Origin: Eledone cirrhosa
Lineage: Eukaryota
Reading direction: 5' to 3'
Assembly (NCBI GenBank): GCA_964016885.1
Contig: OZ024741.1
Span: forward strand, 39,618,001-39,682,000
DNA: 64,000 nt
Shown: positions 43,124 to 58,310 of the stretch, one piece after another
How the letters are laid out: the number at the start of each line of letters is the position of its first letter
Numbering within the stretch: position 1 is the stretch's first letter
Position numbers and translations under genes: made by a program
The notes under the pieces: generated by a model
Databases searched by the model: none
Seen by the model: only the letters and a program-made list of their open reading frames with translations
What the model was told of the DNA's origin: nothing

Positions 43124-43721
43124 ATATTGTTATACTTTGGGAGGGTCATGTTGCCAATAAGAAACACACGCACCAGTTGTTTCACTTCAATTTATTATAA
43201 GAAATTTATAAATTTAGGAATTTATAAATTTCTGGTTGGTTGGTTGGTTCCACAACCAGATAGTTGTTTATATATAGTCATAGTTCTTTCGTCACACACT
43301 CTGTGACCTCTTCAGTGACTGGGGATTCCTTTCTTTGTTTCTGTGCCTCTCCTTTGTTCTGTCCTACGCCATTTTGTTTCTGTGACGAGGTTTTTAATCT
43401 CATTGCTGACAATTGTTTCTCTGAACTGATAGGTCTAGAGATCGCTATCCGCTTATTTTCACGTTACAGAAACAAAATGGCATAGGACAGAACAAAGGAG
43501 AGGCACAGAAACAAAGAAAGGAATCCCCAGTCACTGAAGAGGTCACAGAGTGTGTGACGAAAGAACTATGACTATATATAAACAACTATCTGGTTGTGGA
43601 ACCAACCAACCAACCAGAAATTTATAAATTTATAAATTTATTATAAATGTATTATAATAAATTGAAGTGAAAGTAACTGGTGCGTGTGTTTCTTATTAGC
43701 AACATGACCCTCCCAAAGTAT

Positions 43722-43728
<7 letters not shown>
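43124..43728. mobile_element. Family H ~600-bp fold-back pair with two hammerheads (43276-43320 -, 43529-43573 +)
   Basis: AGTCA-CTGAAGA-G-GTCAC agagtgt GTGAC-GAAA-GAAC-TA-TGACT; arms of ~260 bp. End fragments at ~29010-29070 and 62575-62675. Confidence 0.9.
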
Positions 43729-43769
<41 letters not shown>

Positions 43770-43777
43770 ATACTTTA

Positions 43778-44075
43778 AATAAATCAGGAAAGAAGAGTGA
43801 CACGGTTTGCTATACAAAAAAGGTTTTTAATCTCATTGCTGACAATTATTTCTCTGAACTGGTAGGTCTAGAGATCGGTATCCGCTTATTTTCACGTTAC
43901 TCGATCACCAATACAAAGTTATGACTGGTTATAACTTTGTATTGGTGATCGAGTAACGTGAAAATAAGCGGATACCGATCTCTAGACCTACCAGTTCAGA
44001 GAAACAATTGTCAGCAATGAGATTAAAACCCTTTTTTGTATAGCAAACCGTGTCACTCTTCTTTCCTGATTTATT
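43778..44075. repeat. Near-perfect ~300-bp palindrome (PLE-like; contains GAAACAATTGTC)
   Basis: Arms of ~145 bp around a GACTGGTT spacer. Only the GAAA/stem III/GUC half of a hammerhead is recognisable. Confidence 0.85.
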
Positions 44076-44239
44076 ATTACTCCAAGTGTTTACAACATAG
44101 GAATTACAGCGTACTCGCAGCATCACTATGGAAACGCCTTGTTGAGTCAAACTTAGCCAAGCGTTGATATCATCCACTACCCGGAGTACCATAACTGGAC
44201 TACACCTAAGTGGACTACCTATAACAATAATTTGTTACC

Positions 44240-44280
<41 letters not shown>

Positions 44281-44283
<3 letters not shown>

Positions 44284-44420
44284 CGAAGGAAATGTGGTAA
44301 GGAACCAGGTGGACCATGACGCTCCAAAGTACTCAATACTTAGGGTAGTAGATTGGGTAATAGGAACGAGTAGGACCCCGACGGCTGAGCTCAAGCCGTT
44401 TCGAGGGCTAATTCTGGACT
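44281..44420 (-). mobile_element. Family A unit-length copy (~140 bp)
   Basis: TA-flanked on both sides, with essentially the same boundaries as 55863-56001. Confidence 0.9.
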
Positions 44421-44442
44421 AATATATATATATATATATAAA

Positions 44443-44614
44443 AGTTATTCCGGGTTGAATCGGAGGTAACCACAGTAAGTAAGGTACTCAATACATAGAA
44501 GAGTATAAAGTTTTAATATAGAAGATCTTCTACAGGACTAGAACTGTTTCATTCGTGAGTCCAGCTTCCTGATGAGTTCTCACGAATGAAACAGTTCTAG
44601 TCCTGTAGAAGGTC

Positions 44615-44618
<4 letters not shown>
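44443..44618. mobile_element. Family F fold-back with hammerhead at 44565-44611 (+)
   Basis: CTTC-CTGATGA-GTTC tcac GAAT-GAAA-CAG ttctagtc CTG-TA-GAAG; the left arm is the reverse of 8352-8471. Confidence 0.85.
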
Positions 44619-44669
<51 letters not shown>

Positions 44670-45016
44670 AGTAAGTATGTTTTTGAAACAGCGAGCGAGT
44701 TTGTAATTTGATAATAGAAGCTTCCACCGTATTTTTGAAATTTTAGAACCCTCTAAGAAATGGAAAAAGATAAGTATTGACGTAATACTCATCTTTTTCC
44801 ATTTCTTAGCGGGTTCTAAACCCTGCGATAAGGTTATATATATATATGACGAAGGATGTGTGGTAAGGAACCAGGTGGACCATAACGCACCAGAGTACTC
44901 GATACATAGGGTAGTAGAGTGGGTAATATAAAATAGGAAAAGAGTCGGGTCCCCGACGGCTGAGCTCCGACCCAGCTGTCGAAACGGCCGAGCTCAGCCT
45001 TCGGGGTCCTGACTCT

Positions 45017-45083
<67 letters not shown>

Positions 45084-45225
45084 TATATATGTATATATAT
45101 ATATATACACACATATATATATATATATATGCATGTTTACATATATAAATCTCTTACTGAAACATTTACTAGGAATATACCTCTGATAAATTATATATAT
45201 TACAAGCACTATACTAATATGAACA

Positions 45226-45282
45226 TCATCAGTCCACAATCATCGTCAAAATCTGGTTTCTTTCGAATTGTGGCCACCAGAT
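45226..45282 (-). ncRNA. Candidate rearranged hammerhead (decayed cleavage triplet)
   Basis: Minus strand ATCTGGT-G-gCCACAAT ... A-GAA-ACCAGAT ... ATTGTGGa-CTGATGA-T. Confidence 0.5.
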
Positions 45283-46073
45283 AACTAAATAGCATATTCT
45301 TTTCAGTGCACTACATACTTAATTTTATCATCAGAAAACACCTTCGTGCCAGGGACCTCTCACCGGTATCTTAGTCCTGACAATGTCAAAGGCATGACAC
45401 CCTTTATTTAATTATTAATCAACTCTATACATGCCCAAAAGAAAATCCCTTCGTTCCAGAGGAATTTCAGCTGGGATCTTAGTCCACACAATATCAGAGA
45501 CATGATACAATATATACAAATTATTTTTCTAAGAATATTTTGTAAGTGTGTGCGTCTTTCGTACGTAGGAATCAAAATGCATTCTTAATGAGTGAATAAT
45601 CACGCAGAAAAGGGCACAGTTACATTGCTAAAACAGACCTATGCTCCTCATACACTCATACACTCACACTCAAACATACGTGTATACGCACACACTGGCA
45701 TATCATTGCATATATAATATAGGAATATAACAATTTCCTGTGGTACATCATGATGATTAAGTGAACTGATGTAATATAGTTAGGTTTATATACCTAACAC
45801 TTGTCTCCATATACATATATCCTATCATATATACGAATATATTGTAGGTCTTCATACATACACACTCGCATACAAATATGTACGTACACACACACATAAT
45901 TACACACACACACACATACACACATACACATACACAAACACATACTTCCCCAAAATAATCCTTCCCCATATGAAACCATGGCAGGGAGATCTATATATAA
46001 GCGAGGTTAAATAGAATACTTTTTTGTCTATTTTGTTTGTACACCCAGAATTAGAGATTTTTCTCACTTAAGT

Positions 46074-46194
<121 letters not shown>

Positions 46195-46496
46195 ACTAAA
46201 AGTAAATCAACAAAGGTAACAATACAGTACAATGAAGAAATATATTAGTTTAACGTTTGATATATTAGCAAAAATGAGCTTGGCTTTCGGAAGCAAGATC
46301 TTCAAGAGGAGAGAGAATGGGAAATTAAACATGAAATAACGAGATAAAGTGTGAGAAGAGAAAGGAACGGAATATGTTTTAGGGGAAAAAGCACGTGTAT
46401 TTTCATTCACCCATTTCAGGTGGAGGGGGGGGCGTGTCTCTGTTTACACGCACGCAGACACACACACACGCACCCACACACACGCGCGCACACACG

Positions 46497-46596
<100 letters not shown>

Positions 46597-46687
46597 ATAA
46601 AAGTCGACAAGGAAAAACACCAATGGATAACAATACAGTACAATAATAATATATATCAGTTTAACACTTGATATAGTAGGAAAATAG

Positions 46688-46723
46688 ACTTAACATTTCG
46701 GACGATAATCCTTCATCGGAAGT
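46688..46723 (-). ncRNA. Family E-related hammerhead with CCGATGA core
   Basis: ACTT-CCGATGA-AGGA ttatcg TCC-GAAATGTT-AAGT. A decayed relative lies at 53310-53340 (+). Confidence 0.65.
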
Positions 46724-47675
46724 TAGAATGAGTGAGACTGAGGAGAAGAAATAGAAAATTAACGAGCCTAAGAAAAAAAGAAAACTGGTTTCTGTTTTCA
46801 ATGGGAAACACATTTAGTTGGTCGGCCATTTTGGAAAATGCATATCAGAATGATATTAAAGAAATACAAGAGTGATAATAAGCATAGGGCAGTTAGAACT
46901 TGTATATGCTTGTATGTGTATGAATTCATGTGTGTGTGTGTTTCTTTCTTTGTGTATGGTTAGAAAGATAATGTGGCGGGCTACTGGAAGTATATAGTAT
47001 TGTGTACTGTCTGAAGAAAGACAGTGATCGAACTGAACTATCAGCTGGCTGGTTATGTGGCTACTAAAATATTTTTGATTGCCGAGAAAAAGGAGAAGAG
47101 ATGGAAAAAACCCTAAATTATCCATTAGGACATTTAAAATTACTAAAAATGATGGTAGTATTCCTTTAGGTCGCTTATGAGGAATCGGTAATATGTTCGC
47201 ACAAACGGGTTTCGACTTCCGTGGGCGATTATATTAACATTTTCTATCTGTTGTCTAGCTTATGAATATATAATTTTGAGATTATGTTAAAAAGAAACTT
47301 GATTTATCTTATATTTTCACATTTGTATGAATTTTCACAGCGAGTCATATAAACTATAGATATACATATATAATAGGTATCTTATCATTCCTAATATACA
47401 CTCTAGAGTACATAAATGTCCATATAATTATTTATATGAGTATACATATATATAAATATGTATATAAATATGTATATAAATATATATAATTATATTGTTT
47501 ATTTATGGGGGTATGGTCGAATTAGGGCTTTGAAACCTTTGATCTGTATGAGAAGATAAATAAATAATATATTTCTGCTCTCTGCACGATTGAACAATGT
47601 TTTTTTCCTTTTTCCTTTTCACATCTATAGATATTTCGACACACACACACACACGCACACACACACACGCACACA

Positions 47676-47872
<197 letters not shown>

Positions 47873-48008
47873 GTTCGAATAGAACCAGTTTGAAACTAGT
47901 TAGACCATTACACAACAGAGTACTCGTTACTGGAGGCAGTCGGGATCTAGGTGTTGAATGGCAAGTGCTCAGGCGTTGAGTCCCGAATATATACATCCAT
48001 CCATCCAT

Positions 48009-48042
<34 letters not shown>

Positions 48043-48044
48043 AT

Positions 48045-48135
<91 letters not shown>

Positions 48136-48361
48136 GCAGAAGAAGAGTGGAAGAGAAAGATATGAGGAAGAGGAGATAGAAAAGTTTCTTATGAATGAAA
48201 TGGTATGCCTGTTTAGATTATATAATAATTTAAATATAGAGCCCTGGTACATATGTGTTGCAGAATGAGAAAGTTGATGTTTATTTTCCTGGACTTTTAA
48301 TGTGTATAGGATATGTACTCGGATTAGTGAACAGTATTTTGTTAATTTATATATAGTGCAT

Positions 48362-48421
<60 letters not shown>

Positions 48422-48424
48422 TTA

Positions 48425-48457
<33 letters not shown>

Positions 48458-48458
48458 C

Positions 48459-48502
<44 letters not shown>

Positions 48503-48599
48503 TATATACATATATGTGTGTACATGTACATTAGTATATATATATGCATGTATATAGATATAGATATATGTCTGTCTGTGTGTGTATATGCATTTATAG

Positions 48600-48877
48600 T
48601 GGAGGCACGTGGCCTAGTGGTAAGGGTGGTGGACTTACGATCATAATGTCGTGGGCTCGATTCCTGGGTTGCGTGTTGTGTTCTTGAGCAAAACACTTCA
48701 TTTCACGTTGCTCCAGTATACTCAGCTGAAAAAGAGTACCAGCAATAGCTGGAGGTTTAACCCTGCGATGGACTGGCGTCCTGTCCAGGGGGGGGGGAGT
48801 CTTATACTCTGTCGCTTCACGCCATGAAACCGGGATAAGCACCGGTTAAATGAGCCTTCTGGCTTAAGACAGACTTT
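48600..48877 (+). mobile_element. tRNA-derived SINE with CORE/V-like body and CCCTGCGATGGACTGGCGTCCTGTCCAGG domain
   Basis: A-box TGGCCTAGTGG, B-box GCTCGATTCC, body TTGTGTTCTTGAGCAAAACACTT. Confidence 0.85.
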
Positions 48878-48891
48878 AGACTTTTTTTAGA

Positions 48892-48951
<60 letters not shown>

Positions 48952-49067
48952 TATGAGGTATACAATATATTAGTAGAGAAGATGACTTCTACTAGACAAA
49001 AAAATATTGCTTCATATGATTTTAAACGGATGAAATAGACAGTCATGTAAAAATAATTTCTATATAA

Positions 49068-49116
<49 letters not shown>

Positions 49117-49230
49117 TATATTTATATATATTCGTGAATCTAAAGAGACAATGTGTATTGAATCGCTGTGTTTACCTCGTACATTCTTGAATGACATATA
49201 TATATATATATATATATATACACGCACAAG

Positions 49231-49294
<64 letters not shown>

Positions 49295-49401
49295 CGTAAT
49301 ATACAAATTACTTCTACATGGCTAGGGGTGTTTCATTCGTTTGAAATCTTGAAATGAATAAAACATTTTTTTTTCATGTGTATATATTCATTTATATGTA
49401 C

Positions 49402-49438
<37 letters not shown>

Positions 49439-49478
49439 TATATATATATATACATCATATATATATATATATATATAT

Positions 49479-49584
<106 letters not shown>

Positions 49585-49635
49585 TATATATATATATACC
49601 TAGACATATATATATAGATATCTATATACATATAC

Positions 49636-49711
<76 letters not shown>

Positions 49712-49724
49712 GCATATATATTTA

Positions 49725-49756
<32 letters not shown>

Positions 49757-50026
49757 CAACATACATATATATACATACATACACATACATATATATACAC
49801 ATCTGTATGTGTGTGTTCGTTTTTCTGAGCATTTCTGTGTGAGTGTGAGTGTGTAGTTATATTTTATTAGAGAATGATTGTAATACATGAGAAAAGGATA
49901 AAGAGGAATATAATGAGATATATAGATAAATAGGAGCGGGAGGGAAAGAAAGAGAATGGATATGACCAATAAAAAGAGGGGGTGGTGATGGAATAATGAG
50001 GGCATCGATGGGAGAAGAGAGGGAGT

Positions 50027-50098
<72 letters not shown>

Positions 50099-50243
50099 GA
50101 GAGAGAGAGAAACAAAGGTGACGAGAGAAAGATTGAACGACTAACATAGAAAGAGAGAATGGGTGAACACTGGATGTGTTTAATTATATACACACACACA
50201 CACAAGTTATGTTATTTGTTAAACCTTGCTGATACTTTGTTTG

Positions 50244-50296
<53 letters not shown>

Positions 50297-50301
50297 AATA
50301 T

Positions 50302-50366
<65 letters not shown>

Positions 50367-50378
50367 CATATATATATG

Positions 50379-50434
<56 letters not shown>

Positions 50435-50472
50435 CATTTATATATATATATATATAATGGAATATATATATA

Positions 50473-50512
<40 letters not shown>

Positions 50513-50571
50513 CATATATACATATATACATATGTATATATACATATATATATACATATATATATATATAC

Positions 50572-50712
<141 letters not shown>

Positions 50713-50717
50713 CATAC

Positions 50718-50772
<55 letters not shown>

Positions 50773-50785
50773 TACATATACATAC

Positions 50786-50869
<84 letters not shown>

Positions 50870-50934
50870 CGATGTAAATTATGTGTTAAACCTAGGTGAT
50901 CCTTTATTTGTATATATATATAACAAACATTATC

Positions 50935-51002
50935 GCTCTACATAGCTCAATACAGTAATTGTAATCTGATTTTTTCGAATATATATATATATATACATAT
51001 GT

Positions 51003-51086
<84 letters not shown>

Positions 51087-51166
51087 ATACATATGTATAT
51101 GTATATATATATTCGGAAATTCGAAAAAATCAGATTACAATTACTGTATTGAGCTATGTAGAGCTT
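50935..51166. repeat. Palindrome enclosing mirrored microsatellites
   Basis: GCTCTACATAGCTCAATACAGTAATTGTAATCTGATTTTTTCGAA and its reverse complement flank (CA)n-(TA)n-(TG)n. A related arm lies at ~6465-6512. Confidence 0.85.
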
Positions 51167-51255
51167 TTTCAAACCTTAACCTGATATATTCCTTCCATAT
51201 ACTGTACCGATTGCGTTGTTATTTCTGTTTAACTTTTACATACATATATATATAT

Positions 51256-51314
<59 letters not shown>

Positions 51315-51436
51315 ATCGACCCCAGTGCGTGACTGGTACTATATTTTATTAACCCCATAAGGAAGTACGTCAAAGCTAACCTCTGCGGGATGTGAACTTT
51401 TAAATAATATCTGCACATATATATATATATATACAC

Positions 51437-51515
<79 letters not shown>

Positions 51516-51549
51516 CATATATGTATATATATACACACATATATATATA

Positions 51550-51634
<85 letters not shown>

Positions 51635-51782
51635 TGCATATATATAAATACACATATATATATATATATACATGCATATATGCATATATGTATACATACT
51701 TATATATATATACATACTTACATACATACATATATATATATATATAAATATGTATATATATATTTGTTTGTGCGTGTGTATG

Positions 51783-51813
<31 letters not shown>

Positions 51814-52382
51814 CTGTATATATATGCATATTTTTTCGTGTGTGTGTGTATCTATGTATGGATATATGTTCGTATGTTTATATATTTCGGCCGAGGCCAT
51901 GTTATAAAGGTATATATATAAATACACACATATATAATTTTATTGTTTAGGTTTCGAAGCTGCGGCTAGGCCGGGGCACGACCTGTAATTGATAGGGTCG
52001 ATTATATTGATAAAGGCACTGATAGTTTTAAAGTCTGGTAAATATAGGTAACTGCTTGACCTCTGCAAAAACAGCGTGCGTGGTCTTAGGCCTTGAAGGG
52101 AGCTCCTTAGCGCCAAAACTGATAGTCATTTTTGACCAACGGTGGTCCTTGATTATATATAAATATATATAAATATATATAAGGGCGGTTCCCCAGCATG
52201 GCCTCAGCCGGATGGCTGGAACAGATAAAAGGGTAAAAGATATATATACAGTATATATATATATATATATTTATGGGGTGGGAGTGCGTGCGTCTGTATG
52301 TTTCATCCATGCAAACATTGAAAACACAGGTTAAATAGAGAGAGCTAGATCATTATCATTATCTAGTTCTCTCTATATCTAC

Positions 52383-52432
<50 letters not shown>

Positions 52433-52492
52433 ATCTATCTATCTATATATCTATCTTTCTATCTATCTATATATATTCGTATAAATCTATTT

Positions 52493-52571
<79 letters not shown>

Positions 52572-52648
52572 CACATTATATATATATACACACGCACATA
52601 TATATATACATTAACATTAATATCACAGTGTTACCAACATCCACACAT

Positions 52649-52778
<130 letters not shown>

Positions 52779-53150
52779 ATGTGTGTGCATATATTGTGAT
52801 GTGTCACTATCTATGTGTATTATGTCGGAGATAAAGAAATAATTTCCTATTTAAATGTCAAATCATTTGGAATAAATATAAGAGGACGAAATCGCTTCTT
52901 CCCTGCTCCGAGTAACTACCGACTTAGATATGGATACACATAATGTGATGTGGAATGATGGAATGAACTGTCGACCTGCAGGGAAGGGGACCGAATGGGG
53001 ATTGGTGTGATCCTTATCTCATGCAATTAATTTGCTTATAATTGCTTAACACATTGATAGCTCAATTAATTAAACGAACTGCAATGGGGAAATATACATA
53101 CATATGTATGTTTTGTGTGTGCGTGTGTGAGTATATGTATGCGTATATGC

Positions 53151-53193
<43 letters not shown>

Positions 53194-54188
53194 TTTTTTT
53201 ATTTTTTTAATTTATATATATAATTGTATACACGGTTGAATAACAAGGACACGTGCCCTTCGCCAGTTCAAACAATTTTCAAGTACAATTCTCTGCATTT
53301 GTCTTCTTTCCGATGAAGGACTAACGTCCGAAGCGTTTGGAAACAAATCTATGAAGACTTTAATCCTTGTTTTTCTGGGAGATGTTTTCAGTATTTGTTT
53401 CTCTGTTGACCTTATTTGCCTTTGGTGAAATTTTGTTCATGTATATATATATATATATATATATAAGCATGAGTGTGTGTGTGTAGGAAACTCGGACCCG
53501 GAAACATAACTGCAGTTATAGCCATCAGATTATAAAAATTGGCTAATGACCCCTAGAGAGGGAAAGAGATGTTTAATAATCGAAGTTCCTATTTCTAGGG
53601 CCTATACTCAGTTTTTAAAAGTTATTATATAGCAATTGACTGAGAACCTATTCTACATGAAACTACCAAGAATTTGTTTTTGTATGTCTGGGTTTGTCTT
53701 GTTATTTCTATAAATATATACAGAGAGAAAATTACCTTGAAGTTATTTCTAAAAATAGATCACACACACACTTAGATCGATCGACTTTCGTCAAATCGTA
53801 CCTAGGAAACAATGTTTCCGTTGGTCATTCCAATTGCTATCGGTCGCAACTCCAGGTAGAAGGAGCAACGTGAAATAAAGTGTCTTGCTCAAGGACATAA
53901 CGCATCGCCCGGTCCAGGAATCGAAATCACAACCTCAAGTTTGTGAATCCAATTCTCTAACCACTCAGCCACACGCCTTCACAATATATACAAATGTGTG
54001 TGTATATATATGTAAATACATATATATATACACACACACTTGTATATGTATATATATATATATGTGTGTGTGTGTGTCTTTTTGTAAAATGATATATATG
54101 TATATGATGTGTGTGATATATATAATTAAAATGATTATTCATTTCATATACATTGGCTGATATATATCATTATATGTTATATTATATA

Positions 54189-54517
54189 AGGCGGTGCATT
54201 GGCAGTATCGGTAGAGGGTCAGACACCATGCTTTCCAGCATAGTCACGTCCTTTTACGATCTGAGTTCAAATCCCGCCGAGGTTGACTTTGCCTTTCATC
54301 CTTACGGGGTCGATAAAATAAAGTACCAGTAATGCAATGGGTAATTGCTGGCCTTGTGCAAAAAGTAGAAACAATTATATGTTATATTATATATATAATC
54401 TCTGAGTTCAAATCCCGCCGAGGTTTACTTTGCCTTTCATCCTTACGAGGTCGATAAAATAAAGTACCAGTAATGCACTGGATAATTGCTGGCTTGTGCC
54501 TAAAGTAGAGACAATTA
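54189..54517 (+). mobile_element. Two tandem Meta-domain-like SINEs (54189-54378 full length, 54401-54517 truncated)
   Basis: Direct match to the window consensus. More + copies at 60172-60330 and 63680-63790. Confidence 0.9.
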
Positions 54518-54557
54518 TATATATAATCAATTATAATACCATATATTATATACATTA

Positions 54558-54898
54558 GAGGCACATGGCTTAGTGGTTAGAGCATTGGCCTTGCAATCGA
54601 AAGGTTGTGAGTTCAATTCTCAGACCGGGTGATGTGTTGTTTCCTTGAGCAAGACACTTTATTTCACATTGCTCCAGTTTACTCAGCTGTAGAAATGAGA
54701 TGATAGGGACTGGGGTCCATATCATTCCACTGCAAAGTGGACGCGGAGGTGCCACGGGAAAAAAGCACCCAGCACTCACTGTAAATGAGGTTGGTGTTAG
54801 GAAGGGCATCCAGCTGTAGAAATCAAGCCATAACCAGTTCCCGTCCCACCCTTGCAAGCCGCGAAAAGTGGACGTAAAATGATGATGATGATGATGAT
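54558..54898 (+). mobile_element. tRNA-derived SINE with (TGA)n tail
   Basis: A and B boxes, CORE/V-like body, GTTAGGAAGGGCATCCAGCTGTAGAAA segment, and GGACGTAAAA(TGA)n end. A 3' fragment lies at ~11058-11114. Confidence 0.85.
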
Positions 54899-55058
54899 TA
54901 GATATATAACACTGTTATCTATGCACACAAACATCAAATAATACAGTTATAAGTGTGAAGAATAAATAGACAACATTTTTTTTTTTTTTCTCGTAGCAAC
55001 AAATGAATAAAATAAATAATCAATTAATAATTAATCAGAGCTATATATAATTATGTGT

Positions 55059-55140
<82 letters not shown>

Positions 55141-55249
55141 CTCGCTACTGACGTGAACCTAAACATCGAGTTCTCACCTGGGTGAATCTACAGTAACTTC
55201 ATGCTACACTCCCTGGATATATATATATGTGTGTGTGTGTGAGTGTATG

Positions 55250-55283
<34 letters not shown>

Positions 55284-55411
55284 AGACGTTATGTCTGTAT
55301 AAATACCGATTGTGTAACCGAGATTGCAGCATCGTATATAAAACTTATATGTAATATGTAGACATATAAAAAAAGCGAAAAATACGAAGATAAATTGAAA
55401 AAAAATAATAA

Positions 55412-55460
55412 ACAGTTCAAATCGATTTTCGGATCGAATTGGGCCCTCATCAGAAACCAT
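55412..55460 (-). ncRNA. Type I hammerhead (family I)
   Basis: ATGGTTT-CTGATGA-GGGCCC aatt CGATCC-GAAA-ATCGAT-TT-GAACTGT, with a palindromic stem III loop. Confidence 0.75.
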
Positions 55461-55726
55461 ATATATATCACGCATACAATTACCCCGAAGCATGTATTTG
55501 ATGGATATATATACCCATTCGCTCTTAGTATTATTCTGAAATTAACATACCAATTTGGATACAAGTAATATTCATTTTGGTAATTAATTAAGATATATAT
55601 CTTGATATGTATTTATAGACGATAGTGCATTCTCGTTTACAGACACAAATTTAACATACACTTTGGCTGCTAGAGCCCTTCTTGATTTTGATCTTAGTTA
55701 TATATATACATATATATATGTATATA

Positions 55727-56001
<275 letters not shown>

Positions 56002-57029
56002 TATATATATATATATAAACACGCATATAAATATATATATATTAAGGTTAGGATAGATGTTACATTATCGTATATACACATGGGTATGGGTATATATGTG
56101 CATATATATGTACATTCGTAGAATGAAAGATGTAGATCGAATAAATAATGTATTAATTGTTGAACATTGGTGATCTATTTCTTGCGTTTATATATATATA
56201 TTTATATATTTTTGTGTCTGTCTGTGTCTTTGTTGTAACAATTAATTTACATACATATATACTTATATACATACAAATATACATTTATACATGCACATAC
56301 ATACACACATACATACATACAATATGGGCACCAGAATCTCCATAGAAAGATTATTTAGGTTCTTACCTGAAATTGGTAAAGAGCCAGAACACGAAATGTA
56401 TATATTTATCTCTATATATGAATAGATATGTATATATATATATATACGCATACCAACATACATATATATTTATACATGTCTATATATTTTCACATATACG
56501 TACGTGTGTAAGTGTACGTATGCAAAAAAAAATGTAATACATTTATTTTACGTTATGTATGTGTGTGCGTATATATATATTTATATATATATAAACAAAA
56601 ATATATATAAACATATATATGTATATATATATATACACATATGTGTGTGTGTGTATACATATATATATATAAATAAACATATATATGTATACATACACAC
56701 ATATATACATATATATATATATATATATTATATTATATTATATTATATTATATTATATTATATCTATATATGTATCTGTTTGTGCGCGCGCATACATTTT
56801 CTGGAAAGCCTTTAATACAAAACTTCGTTTGCAACGCTACATTTGTTCTCTACCAACATGTATTGACTGCTGATTTACATAACTTTTATCGCTTCTCTGT
56901 ACATACTTACATACATCCCAGACACATACATACATGCATATATGCATATATGCATATATAAGTACATACATACCTGTCCCATACATAGATTTGTACAAAT
57001 ATAGATATATATATATATATATATGTGTG

Positions 57030-57175
57030 TGTAAATGGTAAACAAAAATAACAACACAATCGGTACAGTATATGGAAGGTATATATTAGGTTAACGCTTG
57101 ATATAGCAGGAAGAGGGTCTTAACGTTTCGGATGCTAGTCCTTCATCAGAAGAAAGAATGAGAAATAAAATAGAT
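57030..57175 (-). mobile_element. Family E PLE-like element with hammerhead at 57118-57153
   Basis: TCTT-CTGATGA-AGGA ctagca TCC-GAAACGTT-AAGA; the 3' end runs into (CA)n. Copies at 14447-14556, 18405-18510 and 51175-51240. Confidence 0.85.
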
Positions 57176-57351
57176 GAAGGGGACGGGCGGGATGGAATAT
57201 ATAAATATGCATTTTGGGGGTCACTATTGATATACATCCACAGCATAAATTGAGGACACCATAGGGACACTATGTATATACATTCACAGCAGAAGTTGAA
57301 TGTAACTATGGACACATGTACTCTTACATACATGTAAATATATATTTACAC

Positions 57352-57410
<59 letters not shown>

Positions 57411-57586
57411 TGAAGAGAATTTATCTATAGCCAATCAATATTATAATTTTAGCTCGGTGTGTCACACATAGAAATATAGAAGAGGTGTGTTTAAGCACAC
57501 AAGAAAAAGGGACATATGTAATACTGCGTATACTCCAAATTTGGATGGTACAGCAGAGTTAGTAAATTATTCAAGAACTCTTTCAC

Positions 57587-57646
<60 letters not shown>

Positions 57647-57738
57647 TTAAATATATATATATATTTACATATACATATCATTTATATACATATATATCTG
57701 TTTGTATGTGTGTGTGTGTCTATGTATATATACATATT

Positions 57739-57808
<70 letters not shown>

Positions 57809-57845
57809 AACATAAATATATAAATATATATATATGTATATATTT

Positions 57846-58310
57846 TTTCTTCTTCTTCGCCCACTTATTCCTGAGAGGGACGTGGGTACAGAGTCCTCAA
57901 ACTCTTCTTCCAATGGGTCCTGTCAAAAGCAACCGTTTCCAAATGATCTCGTTGGATTCACAAGCCATACCAGCCAAACTCATGCATGTTATCCAACCAA
58001 CTTGGTCGGTATCTACGCCTGAGACTTTTGCCAGTTGGTTTTGCCAGTAAAATCGGTCTAGTGATTCTTTCTTGAAACATCTGATGCACATAGTATTGAA
58101 GCTGTGATCTCTCAATTTGGAGAAGTAGCGGCTCTACCTGGAGCAACTCTCTGATCTTCGAACTACGCACGCTATCGAGTAACGTTACTCCAAAACCCTT
58201 CCAAGGAACCCCATTTCGGCCGCTTGTATTGGCGATTGTGTTCTTTCGGTCATTACCCAATATTCATGACCTGAAGTTAGGGTTGGCACAAATACCGATT
58301 TCTAGATAAC
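57846..58310 (-). mobile_element. RTE-clade (Expander/Rex3-like) LINE 3' end
   Basis: Translation VFVPTLT.GHE.WVMTER...IQAAEMGFL / GVTLLDSVRSSKIRELLQVEPLLLQIERSQL...G...R.RPSWLD, followed by a short (GAA)n tail. Confidence 0.85.
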
